Origin: Octopus sinensis
Taxonomy: Eukaryota
Assembly (NCBI RefSeq): GCF_006345805.1
Contig: NW_021835176.1
Span: 1 to 56,915 of the forward strand
Direction: 5' to 3'
DNA length: 56,915 nucleotides
Under the pieces are notes generated by a model. It saw only the letters and a program-made list of their open reading frames with translations, did not search any database and was not told the DNA's origin. A program made the translations under genes and the position numbers. Shown here one piece after another: positions 23,932 through 37,194 of this stretch; position 1 is the first letter of the stretch; each line of letters begins with the position of its first letter.

Positions 23932-24584
23932 TACATACATACATACATACATACATACATACATACATACATACATACATACATACATACATTCAAAAGA
24001 AGGTTTGCCTTTTCGAGCTCAGAGCTGGGAAAAATAATATAAGGAGGATACAATCGACAAAGCCAGTTTCTGAAGCGAGAAGACCCAAAATGGCTTGAAA
24101 GCGATAACATGCCAACTGGGAAATAGCGTCGCTAGGTGAGGCTGACAGACACTTAAGCAGCATCGCTGATTGACCGGTAGGCCAAGGTAGCGAACTCATT
24201 CATAGTGGCCACCCCACCTCCTGGTTCGAAGGCTTGCACCACCAAACAGCTGGTCGGTTCTGGCTGCTGGAACTGTAACTAACAGGACACTGTTGGAAGG
24301 CAGGTTTAGAGAAGGAGCGGGCTAAGATTACGCGCCCTTTGCCTCCATTTGTCAGTTGAAGCTTAGATAGTGTCACGTGACAGTTAACTGGTGCCAGCTG
24401 CTGGAGCCTACCAGCGAGTATTTAAAGGGCAATTTGACAGGAAGGTCAGTCGGCCGCTGACATTCGTTGATGTTGTATCGAAGAGGCCAGGGAACAGAGG
24501 AAAGAAGGAGAAAGAAGAAATGCACTCAACATCAGTGCTGAAGACACCTTCGAAAGTGGGGCCCCGCCACGTAGAAAACGGTAG

Positions 24585-24722
24585 AGGTACTTAATTTATC
24601 GACCCCAAAAGGATGAAAGGCAGAGTCAACCTTGGCGGAATTTGAACTCAGAACGTAGCGGCAGACGAAATACCGCTAAGCATTTCGCCTGGCGTGTTAA
24701 CGTTTCTTCCAATTCGCCTCCT
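24585..24722 (-). mobile_element. SINE family A, partial
   Basis: Core TCGACCCCAAAAGGATGAAAGG and GGAATTTGAACTCAGAACGT. Confidence 0.85.
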
Positions 24723-24751
24723 TCGTTATAGTAAATATTCTGCTCAATATC

Positions 24752-24965
24752 CTTTTCTACTCTAGGCACAAGGCCCGAATATTTTGGGGAAGAGGCCAGT
24801 CGATTAGATCGACCCCAGTACGCAACTAGTACTTAATATATCGACCCCGAAAGGATGAAAGGCAAAGTCGATCTCGGCGGAATTTGAACTCAGAACGTAA
24901 AAGAGAGACGAAATATCGCTAAGCATTTCGCACGGTGTGCTAACGCTTCTGCCAGTTTGCCGACC
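24752..24965 (-). mobile_element. SINE family A, full length, with a possible 16-bp TSD
   Basis: Complete head-to-tail match to the family; TCGTTATAG(T/C)AAATAT at 24723-24738 and 24966-24981. Confidence 0.88.
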
Positions 24966-25184
24966 TCGTTATAGCAAATATCACAGATTTGCTAGTCAGT
25001 TGCTTGACCCTAACCACTTGAGCGTGTCCCCTTAGTAGCTGACAATATGTGCTTTTCTAATCAGGATCAGGAGTAGTGGCGGTAGCATCATAGCCATGTG
25101 TTGAGAAGGATTCTGTAGAGTTTGAATAAATGTAAAGGAAGCAAAGCTTGAAAGAAATATTAACCATTTTTCATACTTTCTAAG

Positions 25185-25530
25185 AGTCGTCGTAGCACTC
25201 CGTCGGTTACGCGGGTTCCAGTTGATCCGATCAACGGGACAGCCTGCTCGTGAAATTAGCGTGCAAGTGGCTGAGCACTCCACAGACATGTGTGTACCCT
25301 TAACGTAGTTCTCTGGGATATTCAGCGTGACAGTGTGTGACAAAGCTGGCCCTTTTAAACACAGGTACAACAGAAACAAGAAGAAAGAGTGAGAGAAAGT
25401 TGTGGTGAAAGAATACAGCAGGGTTCACCACAACCCTCTACGGAGCCTCGTGGAGCTTTTAGGTACTTTCGCTCAATAAACACTCACAACGCCCAGTCTG
25501 GGAATCGAAAGTGCGATCCAACGACCGCGA
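25185..25530 (-). mobile_element. SINE family D
   Basis: 3' part is the reverse complement of the 45870-46113 copy (GTCACGCTGAAT..CAGCCACTTGCACG..GATCAACTGGAACC); degenerate TTCGATTCCC head. Confidence 0.8.
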
Positions 25531-26225
25531 GTCCGCTGCATTTATATATTTACGGCTCTCTTATATATTTAAAAAATCCGAAGATTAAAAATAATATGCT
25601 AAACATAGACGTCAAATCGCCATTACCGCGAAGAGCAAGACATGAAAATATACGAAATAAAAAACGATTACCTACGTACCATGATTTCACTTGTTAATAT
25701 TTACGTAAGTAAATACGCAAATATCTGCAAGATTGTCAGCGTAGACTGTCGCTTACAAAACACATTTCCAGAACTAGATACAGAACACTCAACCGAAATA
25801 GAGTATGTATAAAGTTCTACAAATTATATTTGGGTGTATTTTTCAAATGTCTTCACGCTGAGGCCGGAAATAACTCTGCAGTTAATGAATTTCATCAGCT
25901 AATTTACCGGTTAGAAAACATTTTTATTTAAAATTAAATAATAAGGGTAGAAATTGATATTAATCAATTAAAACCTGTGGCTTAGCATTTTAAAAACATA
26001 TTTTCATTTGTCTTGCTCATTTTTACATTTTGTCGCTTTGCTGAGATTTTTCTTGAGAACACACTCTTCGTGGTAATGACGATTTGATGTCTATGTTTAG
26101 CATATTAGGTGTCCACTTTATTGACCATTCTTAATTTCATACATATATATATGTATATATATATACATATATATGTATATGTATATGCATATATAACTAT
26201 ATATACATATATATATATATAATAC

Positions 26226-26258
<33 letters not shown>

Positions 26259-26265
26259 CATCTCT

Positions 26266-26335
<70 letters not shown>

Positions 26336-26687
26336 ATATATATGCGTGTGTGCGTGTGTGTGTGTGTGTGTATATGTATCTGTATATGAATGTGCACATA
26401 TGAGTGCGTATACTTACGGGTAAGGACATTTTTTTCGCGTGTATTTTATGTTGCTTACACGTACTTTTATTAATTTATTTCATTATTTTTTTTTAATGTT
26501 TTCAAATACAGGAAAACTCGGTTTAGCTCAAAATGGTGATTAGTCTCTTTATCAACCCGATATATCTCAGTTCCTATCAGGATTTGGGATCAGTAGAAAG
26601 GAACAGTGTCTGCTATTACATACAGACACACATGGACACATACAGATATACGTTATACATACATACATACATACATACATACATACA

Positions 26688-26779
<92 letters not shown>

Positions 26780-26874
26780 TATGTATATATATATACATAT
26801 ATGTATGTATATGTACGTGTATAATATATGTATGTATATATATATATATATGTATGTATGTATATATATATATG

Positions 26875-26922
<48 letters not shown>

Positions 26923-27179
26923 AATATATACATATGAATAAGTATATGTGTGTGTGTTTGTATACACACACATACACATATGTGTGTGTATGTCTGTCTA
27001 TGTGAGCGTATATATTCATATATATATAGATCTGTCTACATATACATATATATGTGCGTATATAAACGCACACAGGCACACGTACACACACACATATACA
27101 TACATGTACCCTTTATGTATCTCTATGTACATATGTGTGTGTGTTTCTATATTTATATATGTATAGGCGTGTGTCTGTG

Positions 27180-27222
<43 letters not shown>

Positions 27223-27501
27223 ATTTATCTATCTAGCTGTAACTGACGTTACTATCTCTATTACGTAAGAAAGACACGTACACATATGTACTTATGTACA
27301 CATACTCACACACATTTGTTTCTTACATGCTAGTATTGGTAACGATGCTTATATTAATAGTAGTATCGTTATGGCGCCAGTTTGGGAATTATATTAGTGA
27401 TATCAGTAATTAGTACTTTGCTTGGAGTATAGTTTTGTAGATTAGTTGTTAGTTTAACTTTGCAGAGTTCCTGTACGATTTATTCAATATTGCTGTCCTC
27501 T

Positions 27502-27900
27502 AAGGTGGCGAGCTGGCAGAAACGATAGCACGCCGGGCGAAATGCTCAGCGGTATTTCGTCTGCCGCTACGTTCTGAGTTCAAATTCCGCCGAGGTCGAC
27601 TTTGCCTTTTATCCTTTCGGGGTCAATAAATTAAGTACCAGTTACGCACTGGGATCGATATAATCGACTTAATCCGTTTGTCTGTCCTTTTTTGTCCCCC
27701 CTGTGTTTAGCCCCTTGTGGGTAGTAAAGAAATAAGTATTTCGTCTGCCGCTACGTTCTGAGTTTAAATTCCGCCAAGGTCGACTTTGCCTTTCACCCTT
27801 TCGGGGTCGATAAATTAAGTACCAGTTGCGTACTGAGGTTGATCTAATCGGCTGGCTCCCTTCCAAAAATTTCAGGCCTTGTGCTTAGAGTAGAAAAGAA
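27502..27900 (+). mobile_element. Dimeric SINE family A (unit + tail 1, then head-truncated unit + tail 2)
   Basis: Core GAGT(T/C)AAATTCCGCC..GTCGACTTTGCC occurs at ~27577 and ~27760 with two different 3' ends. Confidence 0.88.
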
Positions 27901-27979
27901 TATTGTTCCTCTCAAAGTTGTCTTTATAATACGCAAGAATAATTATGTATGTATATCTTGCATCACTTTATTAATTTAT

Positions 27980-28140
27980 TGTTTTAGTCATTGAACTGCG
28001 GTCATGCTGGGGCACCACCTTGAAAGGTTTTAGTTCAACAAATCGACCCCAGTTATTTATTCTGTGTATTTTGCCGATCCGCTATGTTACGGCGACGTAA
28101 ACAAACCATTATGTGAAAAAGATAAACACGGACACAAAAA
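27980..28140 (-). mobile_element. SINE family B, degenerate 3' fragment
   Basis: TAGTCATTGAACTGCGGTCATGCTGG..AAATCGACCCCAG..TTTTGCCGATCCGCTA. Confidence 0.7.
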
Positions 28141-28147
28141 AACGCAC

Positions 28148-28180
<33 letters not shown>

Positions 28181-28322
28181 CATACATACATACATACATA
28201 CATATACACATACATACATACATACATACATATACACATACATACATACATACATACATACATACACACATACACTTACATACATACATACATGCATACA
28301 TACATACATGCATACATACATA

Positions 28323-30444
28323 TTGGGTCATCCCATAGATATTGCGGTCTTTCAATTGTATGAACTAAAAGTCGGATGGGGACGGTATAAATTACCTGCA
28401 TCAACTTGCTATAAAAGCAGGTAGTAATTTTATCTTGTACTTTTATTCTTAGTGTAAGTTTTGAAGAGTGCAGTTCGATTTTAACAGTTATTTTTTCGAA
28501 GCTATAACGGAAGTGACAAAGAAGCATATTCGGCATATTTGGCTTTATGAGTTCAATAAAGGCAATAACACAACGGTAAGTGTGAGGAATATTTATGCAG
28601 TATATGGGGATTGGACAATAAGCGTAAGCCAGTGTCAACGGTGGTTCCAGAAATTCCGAGCCGGAAACTACAGCCTAGAAAGCGAGGCTCGTCTTGGAAG
28701 ATCTGTAGAATTCGACGAAGACGTCTTGCAAACCCTGGTGGAATGAAATCCCATCGTAACTGTTGAGAAACTCGTAGAGAAGCTTGGATTTGGTTATTCA
28801 ACCATTCATCGATATCTGCGTGCCATCGGAAAAGTCAGCAGATTGGATCAATAGGTTCCTCACAAACTTTCCGAGTCTAATTCCGCACAGAGTGTGAATG
28901 TGTGTTCTTCTTTGCTGGCAAGTCTCACGAATGAACCATTTAGGGACCGGACAGTGACTGGTGACGAGAAATGAGTTCTCTATAAAAAATGTCAAGCGCC
29001 GAAGATAGTGGGTAGGGAAAAGAGAAACACCAACATCCCAGGCTAAAGAAGTCCTTCACTCACGTAAGGTGTTGTTATCTGTTTGGTGGGATATGAAAGG
29101 TTTAGTCCACTGTGAACTTTTAAACCCAAACCAATCAATAACAAAGGAGATCTACTGCGTGTAGCTTGAGCGGCTTACGTCAGCGCTAGAAGTAAAATGA
29201 CCATCTTTGGTTTGAAGACGAAAGGTGTTCTTCAATCAGGATAATGCTCGGCTACATACAGCGAGGATGACATTCCAAAGGCTGAGCAGTTTAAATGGGA
29301 AACGATGCCCCACCCACCATATTCGCTGGACATTGCCTCATCTGATTTCGCAGTCTTGAAAATCATATGGACGGAAAAATGTGAATTCTATAGAGGAGGT
29401 CAGAACAGTACTGGAGGTGTATTTTTCGTCACGGACAAGTGAATTTTGGAACAGGGGCCTTGCAAGTCTACCGGATAGATGGAAGAGCATTGTAGGAAAT
29501 TAAGGAGAGTACATTTTAGATTAAAAAAGAACTTTGTTTATCTTAATTTTGAAAAATAAAAGAAGTATATGAAAACCGCGTTACGTGGTCTGATCAATAA
29601 ATATCCGCCCTGTTGCCATAGTAATGGAGCTAAAGCACGCAGAGTGAAGCTGCTTAGCACAGATTGACCTTGGACTCTGCTGTACATGCGCAGTAAGTTT
29701 TAACGTTCTAGCTCACTTCCGCTGTTTAAAGCAGCGCTTGGAAGGAAGGAATATAGCGTGTGATCGTTGCAATTCACCACGACAGAAAGTTGAGCAGAAA
29801 ATCTTCAAATTTTGCCAAAAGCTTGGCGATACCTGCTCAGACGACTACGCAAAGTTACAGAAAGTGTATGGAGAGGAGTGTATGATCCGAAAAAACTCGA
29901 TAGTGATGAACGTTCTGGAAGACCCACAACCAGCAGAACTGAGAAAAACATCGCAGATGTGCGTGCAGCCCTGAGGGGAAATCGTCGAATCACCACCCGT
30001 GGGTTATCAGAGAATGTGTAGATTAGTTATAGCTCAGTTCAGTCCATTATCACTGAAGATTTGGGTATGGGACGCGTGTCAGCCAAGTTTGTGACAAAAT
30101 TGCCTTCAGCTGACAACGCACCTGCCTATTCAGCGCAGCTTGTGCAACAGTTTTTGGTACAGCATTCTCCAGCAAATCCCACTTGAAAGGAAGATTTCAG
30201 GACGTCGAGGAAATGGAAATCATTGCGACGAGGCAGCTACTGATTATCCCAGAAAACGAGTTCCGGGAATGCTTCCAGCAATGCTTCCAGCAATGGAAAC
30301 AGCACTAGATTAGGTGTGTGACTTCCGAAGGGGATTAAACTTTGAAAGAGATTAAATGCCAAATTGGTACGTGCTGTAGTTTTGTTTTTATAACACCAAT
30401 CCGGATACTTATTGATCAGACATAGTATTTATGGGATGATCCAA
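28323..30444 (+). mobile_element. Mariner transposon (degenerate full transposase), right TIR split by a nested insertion
   Basis: KHIRHIWLYEFNKG..QRWFQKFRAG, VPHKLSE, VTGDEK, LSVWWDMKG, QDNARLH, PHPPYSLDIASSDF. Left TIR TTGGGTCATCCCATAGATATTGCGGTCTTT; the rejoined right TIR (29571-29583 + 30428-30444) matches 24/30; TA on both flanks. Confidence 0.93.
29584..30425 (+). mobile_element. Internally deleted mariner-type element nested in the outer TIR
   Basis: TIRs CGTGGTCTGATCAATAAATATCCG and CGGATACTTATTGATCAGACATAG; TA TSDs at 29582-83 and 30426-27; remnants KFCQKLG..KVYGEECM, DERSGRPTTS, RVSAKFV, DNAPAY, LKGRFQDVEE. Confidence 0.92.
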
Positions 30445-30649
30445 TACATACATACACACATACATAGATACACACACATACATACATACATCCCTCCTGT
30501 ATTATTATCACTAGACATGTTCCCTACACCTAAAATTTTATCATTAAGGCCTAGAGGGTATATGTTACACAATACCTTAGGCCAATACTATTTTTCTTCT
30601 AAATGTTTCCGTCTGTCATCTATTTGACAAATTAGCTGAATTTTACGTT

Positions 30650-30900
30650 TTTCAAACCCTAAGCTCTCTAAAGTGTTCGTAAATTCTAAGTTTACTACCC
30701 AATTTAAATGCCTGTCTATGACCATTGATACGTTGATGTAATTTCTGAGTAGTTTGTTTTACATACTGCACATTACATTCATCACAACTAATCAAATAAA
30801 TTACATTTCTAGATTTACAACGTAACTGTAAATTATTATTAATGATAAATTTCCTACCTGTAATTCTGCCGCTAAAAAACTTTATTATCAACCAAAACAT
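30650..30900 (-). mobile_element. Penelope-like GIY-YIG fragment
   Basis: LRCKSRNVIYLISCDECNVQYVKQTTQKLHQRINGHRQ..IYEHF. Confidence 0.8.
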
Positions 30901-31420
30901 TACAACAGAAACATTTCTTCTTACCACATTGACTAACATGACTATTACAAATAGGTATAAATACGTAGTTGTTATTTCCTTTATTGTAACGTTCGTGATG
31001 CCAACTTTACTTTACAGTTGCTCTCTTGAGTTATCAATAACCTACTCTAAACGGCTCAAAACAGAGAAGAGCAACTAGCTGCCAGGAACTTTTTAATGAG
31101 GGGTTGCCTCATCCAGTGGGCGTTACCTGGTATAATCCTTGTATAAAGAGATTTTCCATTCACACTAGCTTTGCCTAGCAGTTTAGTTTACAACTCTTCT
31201 AAACATTACAACTGGATCAAAACAAGCAGCCACGTTGTTTGGATAAAGGCGTAGGCTCCACACTTGGAAAAAAGCCATCTACGATACATATATACGAATT
31301 AATACATATCCATTAATTTAATTACATTATCCCTATAATCCAATGTAATCACACATGCCAGGGGCCTGTCAACGGGGAACTAGTATAATATATCAAAAGG
31401 ATGTGTTATAATACTATATA

Positions 31421-31455
<35 letters not shown>

Positions 31456-31460
<5 letters not shown>

Positions 31461-32122
31461 ATTTATACATGGAGAGAAGACCCTTGGCAGGACTTCATAC
31501 ATGCTAAAAAGGAACAGTTAAAACCAAACTATGAAAAAGGAATTGTTAAGGCACGCTGCTAATAGGCACTAGAGTGAATAAAAAATTGGTTAACCCTATA
31601 CTCGAGATTCGCTATTAATGGCCAAATAAATAAATTTAGTATATGTAGCTAGTAAGTAGGATCGCTAAAGAATGCATAATTATGTAGCTGTAATACGTAC
31701 TGAAAACACGAGGCAAACACATGCGCAAGACAGCTCCATCTTTATACATTATGGATTCAAACTTAATGCGTGAGGGTAGTCAGAATAGCGCAGCAGTAAA
31801 TAAATTTAAACTGTGTACTATATAGCCTAAGAATTGGAAAATTTTACTGCATAAGTATAAGGGCAAAAAATTAAAATAATTTATTACCAGTGGCTTGCAT
31901 GCTTAATAAAGGTTACAAGACATAAAATATTTTATATAAGAGTGCATAAAGATTTTTACACGGAGAGAAAACCCTTGACAGGACTTCTTACATGCTAAAA
32001 AGGGCAATTAAACCCAAACTATGAAAAAAGGAATTCTTAAGGCACGCTGCTAATAGGCATTAGAGAGAATTAAAAATTAGTTATGCCTGTACTCGAGTTT
32101 CGCTATTAATGACCAAATTAAT
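31456..32122. repeat. Pair of ~175-bp direct repeats (31456-31630 and 31947-32122)
   Basis: Both read TAAAGATTT..GGAGAGAA..CAGGACTTC..AAGGCACGCTGCTAATAGGCA..CTCGAG..CGCTATTAATG; roughly 80% identical by eye. Confidence 0.85.
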
Positions 32123-32190
32123 TTGGTATCTGTATATGTATATATATACGTATATGTGTGTATGTGTGTGTGTGTATATATATGTATAAA

Positions 32191-32237
<47 letters not shown>

Positions 32238-32599
32238 ATATATATATATGTATATGTGTGTATGTGTGTGTAAGTGTAGGTGTGTGTATGTATGTATATA
32301 TGTATTTACTTGTGAACGTGTACATGTGAGATGTTTTGATGCTTTCTAAATGACTATTCGTGTCTTTGAATATGTTTTTTTTTTGTGGCTGAGAGGAATA
32401 CAGATAGACGAGAGAAAGATAAAGACAGAGATAATGCTTTTAAGAGCCCGTGTGTATATGTCATTGTATCTGTGTGCCTGTATGCGTATATGTGTGTGTT
32501 TGTTTGTATGTGTGTGTGTGTGTGTGTTGTGTGTGTGTGGTGTGCACGCATTCGAATGTGTCTTTGTAAGCAATTGCTGGCAACTATGTGTTTTGCTTT

Positions 32600-32885
32600 G
32601 GAGTAATTCACTGCCGGAAGGATACAATCGCTTACATTTGTTTGTTTGTTTGCTTGTTGATAACCAGCGAAAATAGCAGCGAGATTTACGTCCTCTCGCT
32701 ACTCTCATTATAACGAGAGCAGCCGACACTTTCTCCGGAAGTTGCTCTATCGAACTCGAGACTGACACCAAAATGGCGCTAAAGAGTCTCAAGGCCAACA
32801 GAAACGGACAAGACCTTAACGTGCAATTAGTTCGTGTCGATGCCTAGTTTGAGCGGTGAATTTTTCAACCATATAATTTCCGGTT
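32600..32885 (+). promoter_or_regulatory. Candidate host promoter / first exon (CpG-rich, ETS and YY1 motifs)
   Basis: CCGGAAG at 32614, CCGGAAGT at 32735, CAAAATGGCG at 32769, ATTTCCGG at 32876; ATG in CAAAATGG context at 32773; donor-like CG|GTGAAT at 32856. Confidence 0.4.
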
Positions 32886-32936
32886 TTTTTCTTTCGGTAT
32901 TTCTTATGGAAATGAGCAACGCCGTCTTAACATCAG

Positions 32937-32996
<60 letters not shown>

Positions 32997-33163
32997 TCAC
33001 ACACACACACACACACACATACAGACATATGCACACAGTCATACACACTAAAACAAACACTTATACATGCGTAATATCTCAGACATGAGGGATCTCAGAC
33101 TCGAGGACAAATAAACACAGATGCAAACCGACGCATTTCAATACAAATGAAGCCATGCACACA

Positions 33164-33210
<47 letters not shown>

Positions 33211-33802
33211 CACACACACACACACATTCACACATCGATACAGATGTACAAACACGTGGGAACACATCAGACAAACAGGCAGACATATTTAAACATAAAT
33301 ACTCACACTGCACGCACGCACTTAAACACACACACATCCTTTCTTTCTTTCTCTCTCTCTCTGTGTTTCTCTCTCTCTATCTCTCGCACACACGCATTGA
33401 CATGAATTTAAGGACTGTTGGTTTTCACTTTTACATCTCGTTCAAAATTTATTCTGTGTGTAGAAGTCGACTAAGACAGTCTTGTAGCTAAGAAATCCAC
33501 GCAATTCTAGGTTCGAACCCACCCTGAATAAGTTTATTTATTTATTTATTTCACAACTTCTCTTAGACTAAATCCTTTCAGAGTGAAAATCAGTCGACGG
33601 ATTTCTGAAGAAGCCTGTCGAAAGGAATGCTCCTACTCCTGGATAAAAATCAATCATTGATTTTAACGCTAAATCCTTTAGCGGTGTCTCTATTGTGGAA
33701 AATACGTGGATTATTCAGGGATTATCGTTTCATCGTGCTCCTCCCCGAAGCTCTGTAAAAATATTATAGATGTACCTCTTCTTGTAATACTGAGAAATAA
33801 TA

Positions 33803-33893
33803 TACAGCAAACCTTCGACTATCGCGGGTATTACGTTCCAAAACACCCTGCGATAGGTGAAAATCCGCGAAGTAGAAACAATGCTGTACTGTA
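33803..33893 (+). mobile_element. Tigger/pogo-like MITE or 5' end remnant
   Basis: TA-CAGCAAACCTTCGACTATCGCGGGTATTACGTTCCAAAAC..GCGATAGGTGAAAATCCGCGAAGTAG..CTG-TA resembles Tigger-type termini I recognise; not database-checked. Confidence 0.55.
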
Positions 33894-34298
33894 TAATTTT
33901 TTATTATTTTTATAATTTGTATATATTTATTCTATTATAAATGTAAAACAACATCACGGAGGGATGAACATAAGCTTATATAATAAACCGCAATAAATGA
34001 ATCGCGATATGGAGAAAGATTACTGTGTATGATTTTTCTTTGAGTTTTATTTAAGTTCAACTTGAGTGAGTTCAAGCCTATTGCAAACAAAGCTACAGGA
34101 CTTTTTGAGTAAAGAGAGATACCGGTGTTTGTAGATATGTGGTTGACTTGGTGCGTGGGTTGAAATCTCGATTCATACGCTCAGGTATGCATCTATTCAC
34201 ATTTTCTTTAGTTGCGCGGTTATCACTTTAAGCTTATAAAATACTATTATTATTATTTACAGCATTGTAAAAATCGACACTGCTTAACCAAAGCATTC

Positions 34299-34355
<57 letters not shown>

Positions 34356-34364
34356 ATATCTAAT

Positions 34365-34945
34365 CATTACAATTGTTTCTACGCAACGTAGTTCTCCAGG
34401 CGTGGAGGTACTTGATTATGCAACCGATTCCCTGTATTATGAGATTTAATTGTGTTTCCTCAGGTATTATGTAAATATTGTCTCCATACGTTCAAATTCT
34501 CGGCTGCAAGAAGATCCTCTCTGTCTGCAGTTTTCATTATTAACCATTCTATCTCATATCTTATTTTTCCAACTTTTAAGCTCCATATTAGGTACGCTAG
34601 TGATGTTGGGTGCCGCCGGCTTATCTTTTGGAATGAGGAGATATGGTTGAGATAACGGACCTTATATTGGTTCTCGGTACAAAGAAATGAAATGCCAATC
34701 CCTTTAAAACGACAACCACTTTAACAGTTGTTGTCACTACATCCACACATTCAAAGCAGCTTACCAACGGCCCTTCAGTAACAACACACCCAGATAAACT
34801 CAGTGACTAAATTCAGCCCACGACAGAAAGTGAGGACATACCTGAACCCCAAAATTTGAACTTATGGACACAATATAGAAACACAATTAAATCTCATTAT
34901 ACAGCGAAGAGGTTGCATAATCAAGTACCTGCACACCTGAAGAAC
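34365..34945 (-). mobile_element. Old Penelope-like 3' fragment flanked by inverted pLTR-like repeats
   Basis: TENQYKVRYLNHISSF..TSLAYLIWSLK..YEIEWLI resembles a PLE GIY-YIG C-half. Inverted repeats at ~34388-34500 and ~34852-34945; degenerate hammerhead at 34368-34399 (-). Confidence 0.6.
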
Positions 34946-34958
34946 GACTTTTTCAGAA

Positions 34959-35009
<51 letters not shown>

Positions 35010-36102
35010 TATATAAACACATATTTTTTCATTTTGTTTCTCTGAAGTCACGTATAAAAACAATTCAACATTGAAATTCGAGTATTGCTGGATATGTTTT
35101 AGAAGAGTACATATATATATTAATTTCATAAGGAAACGACTGACAGGGACTCCGAAGTCTTTATTAACCTATATAACTCTCTCTCCACACGCGCGAACAC
35201 CCACACAAACACACACACACACTCACACACAAATAATATAATATGATATATATATGTGTATATATAATATATATATATATATATACATATATTATACATG
35301 AATATATATATATATATATATATACATAAATATATATATATTATATATATATATATATATATAATATATATACATAAATATATTATATATATATATATAT
35401 ATATGTTATATATATACATATATATATATTATATATATCTATATATATATATATATATTTATGCAAAATATATATACGCTCATATATATACAGATATATA
35501 TTCATCTCTCTCTCTCTCTCTCTCTAATATTATATATATATATAATATATATATATACAGACATACATATGTATATATACATATAGATATACTTATATAT
35601 ATTTGTTTATGCTTAGATACATGCATACACGTACATATATATGCATAATATATGTATATATATATACATATATGTATGTGCATATATACATATATATAAA
35701 TATATGTATATATATACATATACATATATGTATATACATATATATATATATATACATATATGTATATATGTATATACGCATATATGTATATGTATGTATG
35801 TATTGTACACATCATATCGTCTCCCAAACGAATGTCATATAAATGTAGTTTTGGCGTGAGATTCCGAGATTGCTTTATTGTAAAACGAATCTCTGACATT
35901 TTCATCTTTTCTAATGACTACCAAACTGTATTGTTGGATGTGTGGCTGCTTGCATAGTGTACAGGTATTCTTTGTGTGCCTCTATATACAGCACACATAC
36001 ATACATACATACATACATACATGCATGCATGTATGTATGTATGTATGTATACATATTGAGATAGCGTATATACATATACATAGATATACATACACATATA
36101 TA

Positions 36103-36145
<43 letters not shown>

Positions 36146-36166
36146 ATAATATATATTGCATATATG

Positions 36167-36224
<58 letters not shown>

Positions 36225-36225
36225 G

Positions 36226-36259
<34 letters not shown>

Positions 36260-36386
36260 GTATATATATAGCATATATATATATGCATATATATATATGA
36301 GTATATATATGTATATATATATGTATGTATATATATATATGTATATATATATGTATATATATATATATATGTTGTAAATATATATG

Positions 36387-36453
<67 letters not shown>

Positions 36454-36831
36454 GTATATATATGTATATATATATATATATATATGTATGTATTTATGTA
36501 TGTATATATGTATGTATTTATGTATGTATATATGTATGCATGTATGTATGTATATATCGTCAGTGGATCATATATCCGAGAAAGGAGCACAATCTAAAAG
36601 TTAGTGCAGTAATGTATTTACATGAAATTAAATATATGTCCGGTCATAGAGTGACCATTGAGTGACCAGTACTTTATGTATGCGAAACCATTGGTTACTG
36701 TATGTGACAAACATATATATGTGTGTGTGTGTGTGTGTAAGAAGAGTATCGAGAAAGACTTAAAAGCGCTGCGTGTAAATGAGGTAGAGGAGAGAAAATG
36801 TGACGAAAGATGATATATATATGTGGAGAGA

Positions 36832-36880
<49 letters not shown>

Positions 36881-37194
36881 CCAACAGAGAGATACAGAGG
36901 AAACGTGTAAGAAAGTGACAGAGAGGGAGTAATGATATAGGGGATTAAATGAGGCTGAGAAGAGGAAGGATGAAGGCGAGGAAGCAAGAGAGAGGAAGAA
37001 AGAGAAGCGTAAGAGGAGAATAATGAAAAAGCAGTGAAGAATGAATTTGTATGTATATATGCATATATACACGATGCATTTGTGTGTATGTGTGCGTATT
37101 TCAGTTTGTACGTATATACATATACTGACACACACACATGCAAATACGTATATATATATGTATCGCCATGTTGAATCGCTAGCTTCTGCACGCA

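Noticed and set aside
32346-32798. 150-aa minus-strand ORF over the promoter candidate
   Set aside because: Non-ATG start, and half of it is microsatellite translation.
34450-34650. Plus-strand ORF ending in a TM-like LGTLVMLGAAGLSFGMRRYG
   Set aside because: Better explained as the antisense of the Penelope GIY-YIG frame.
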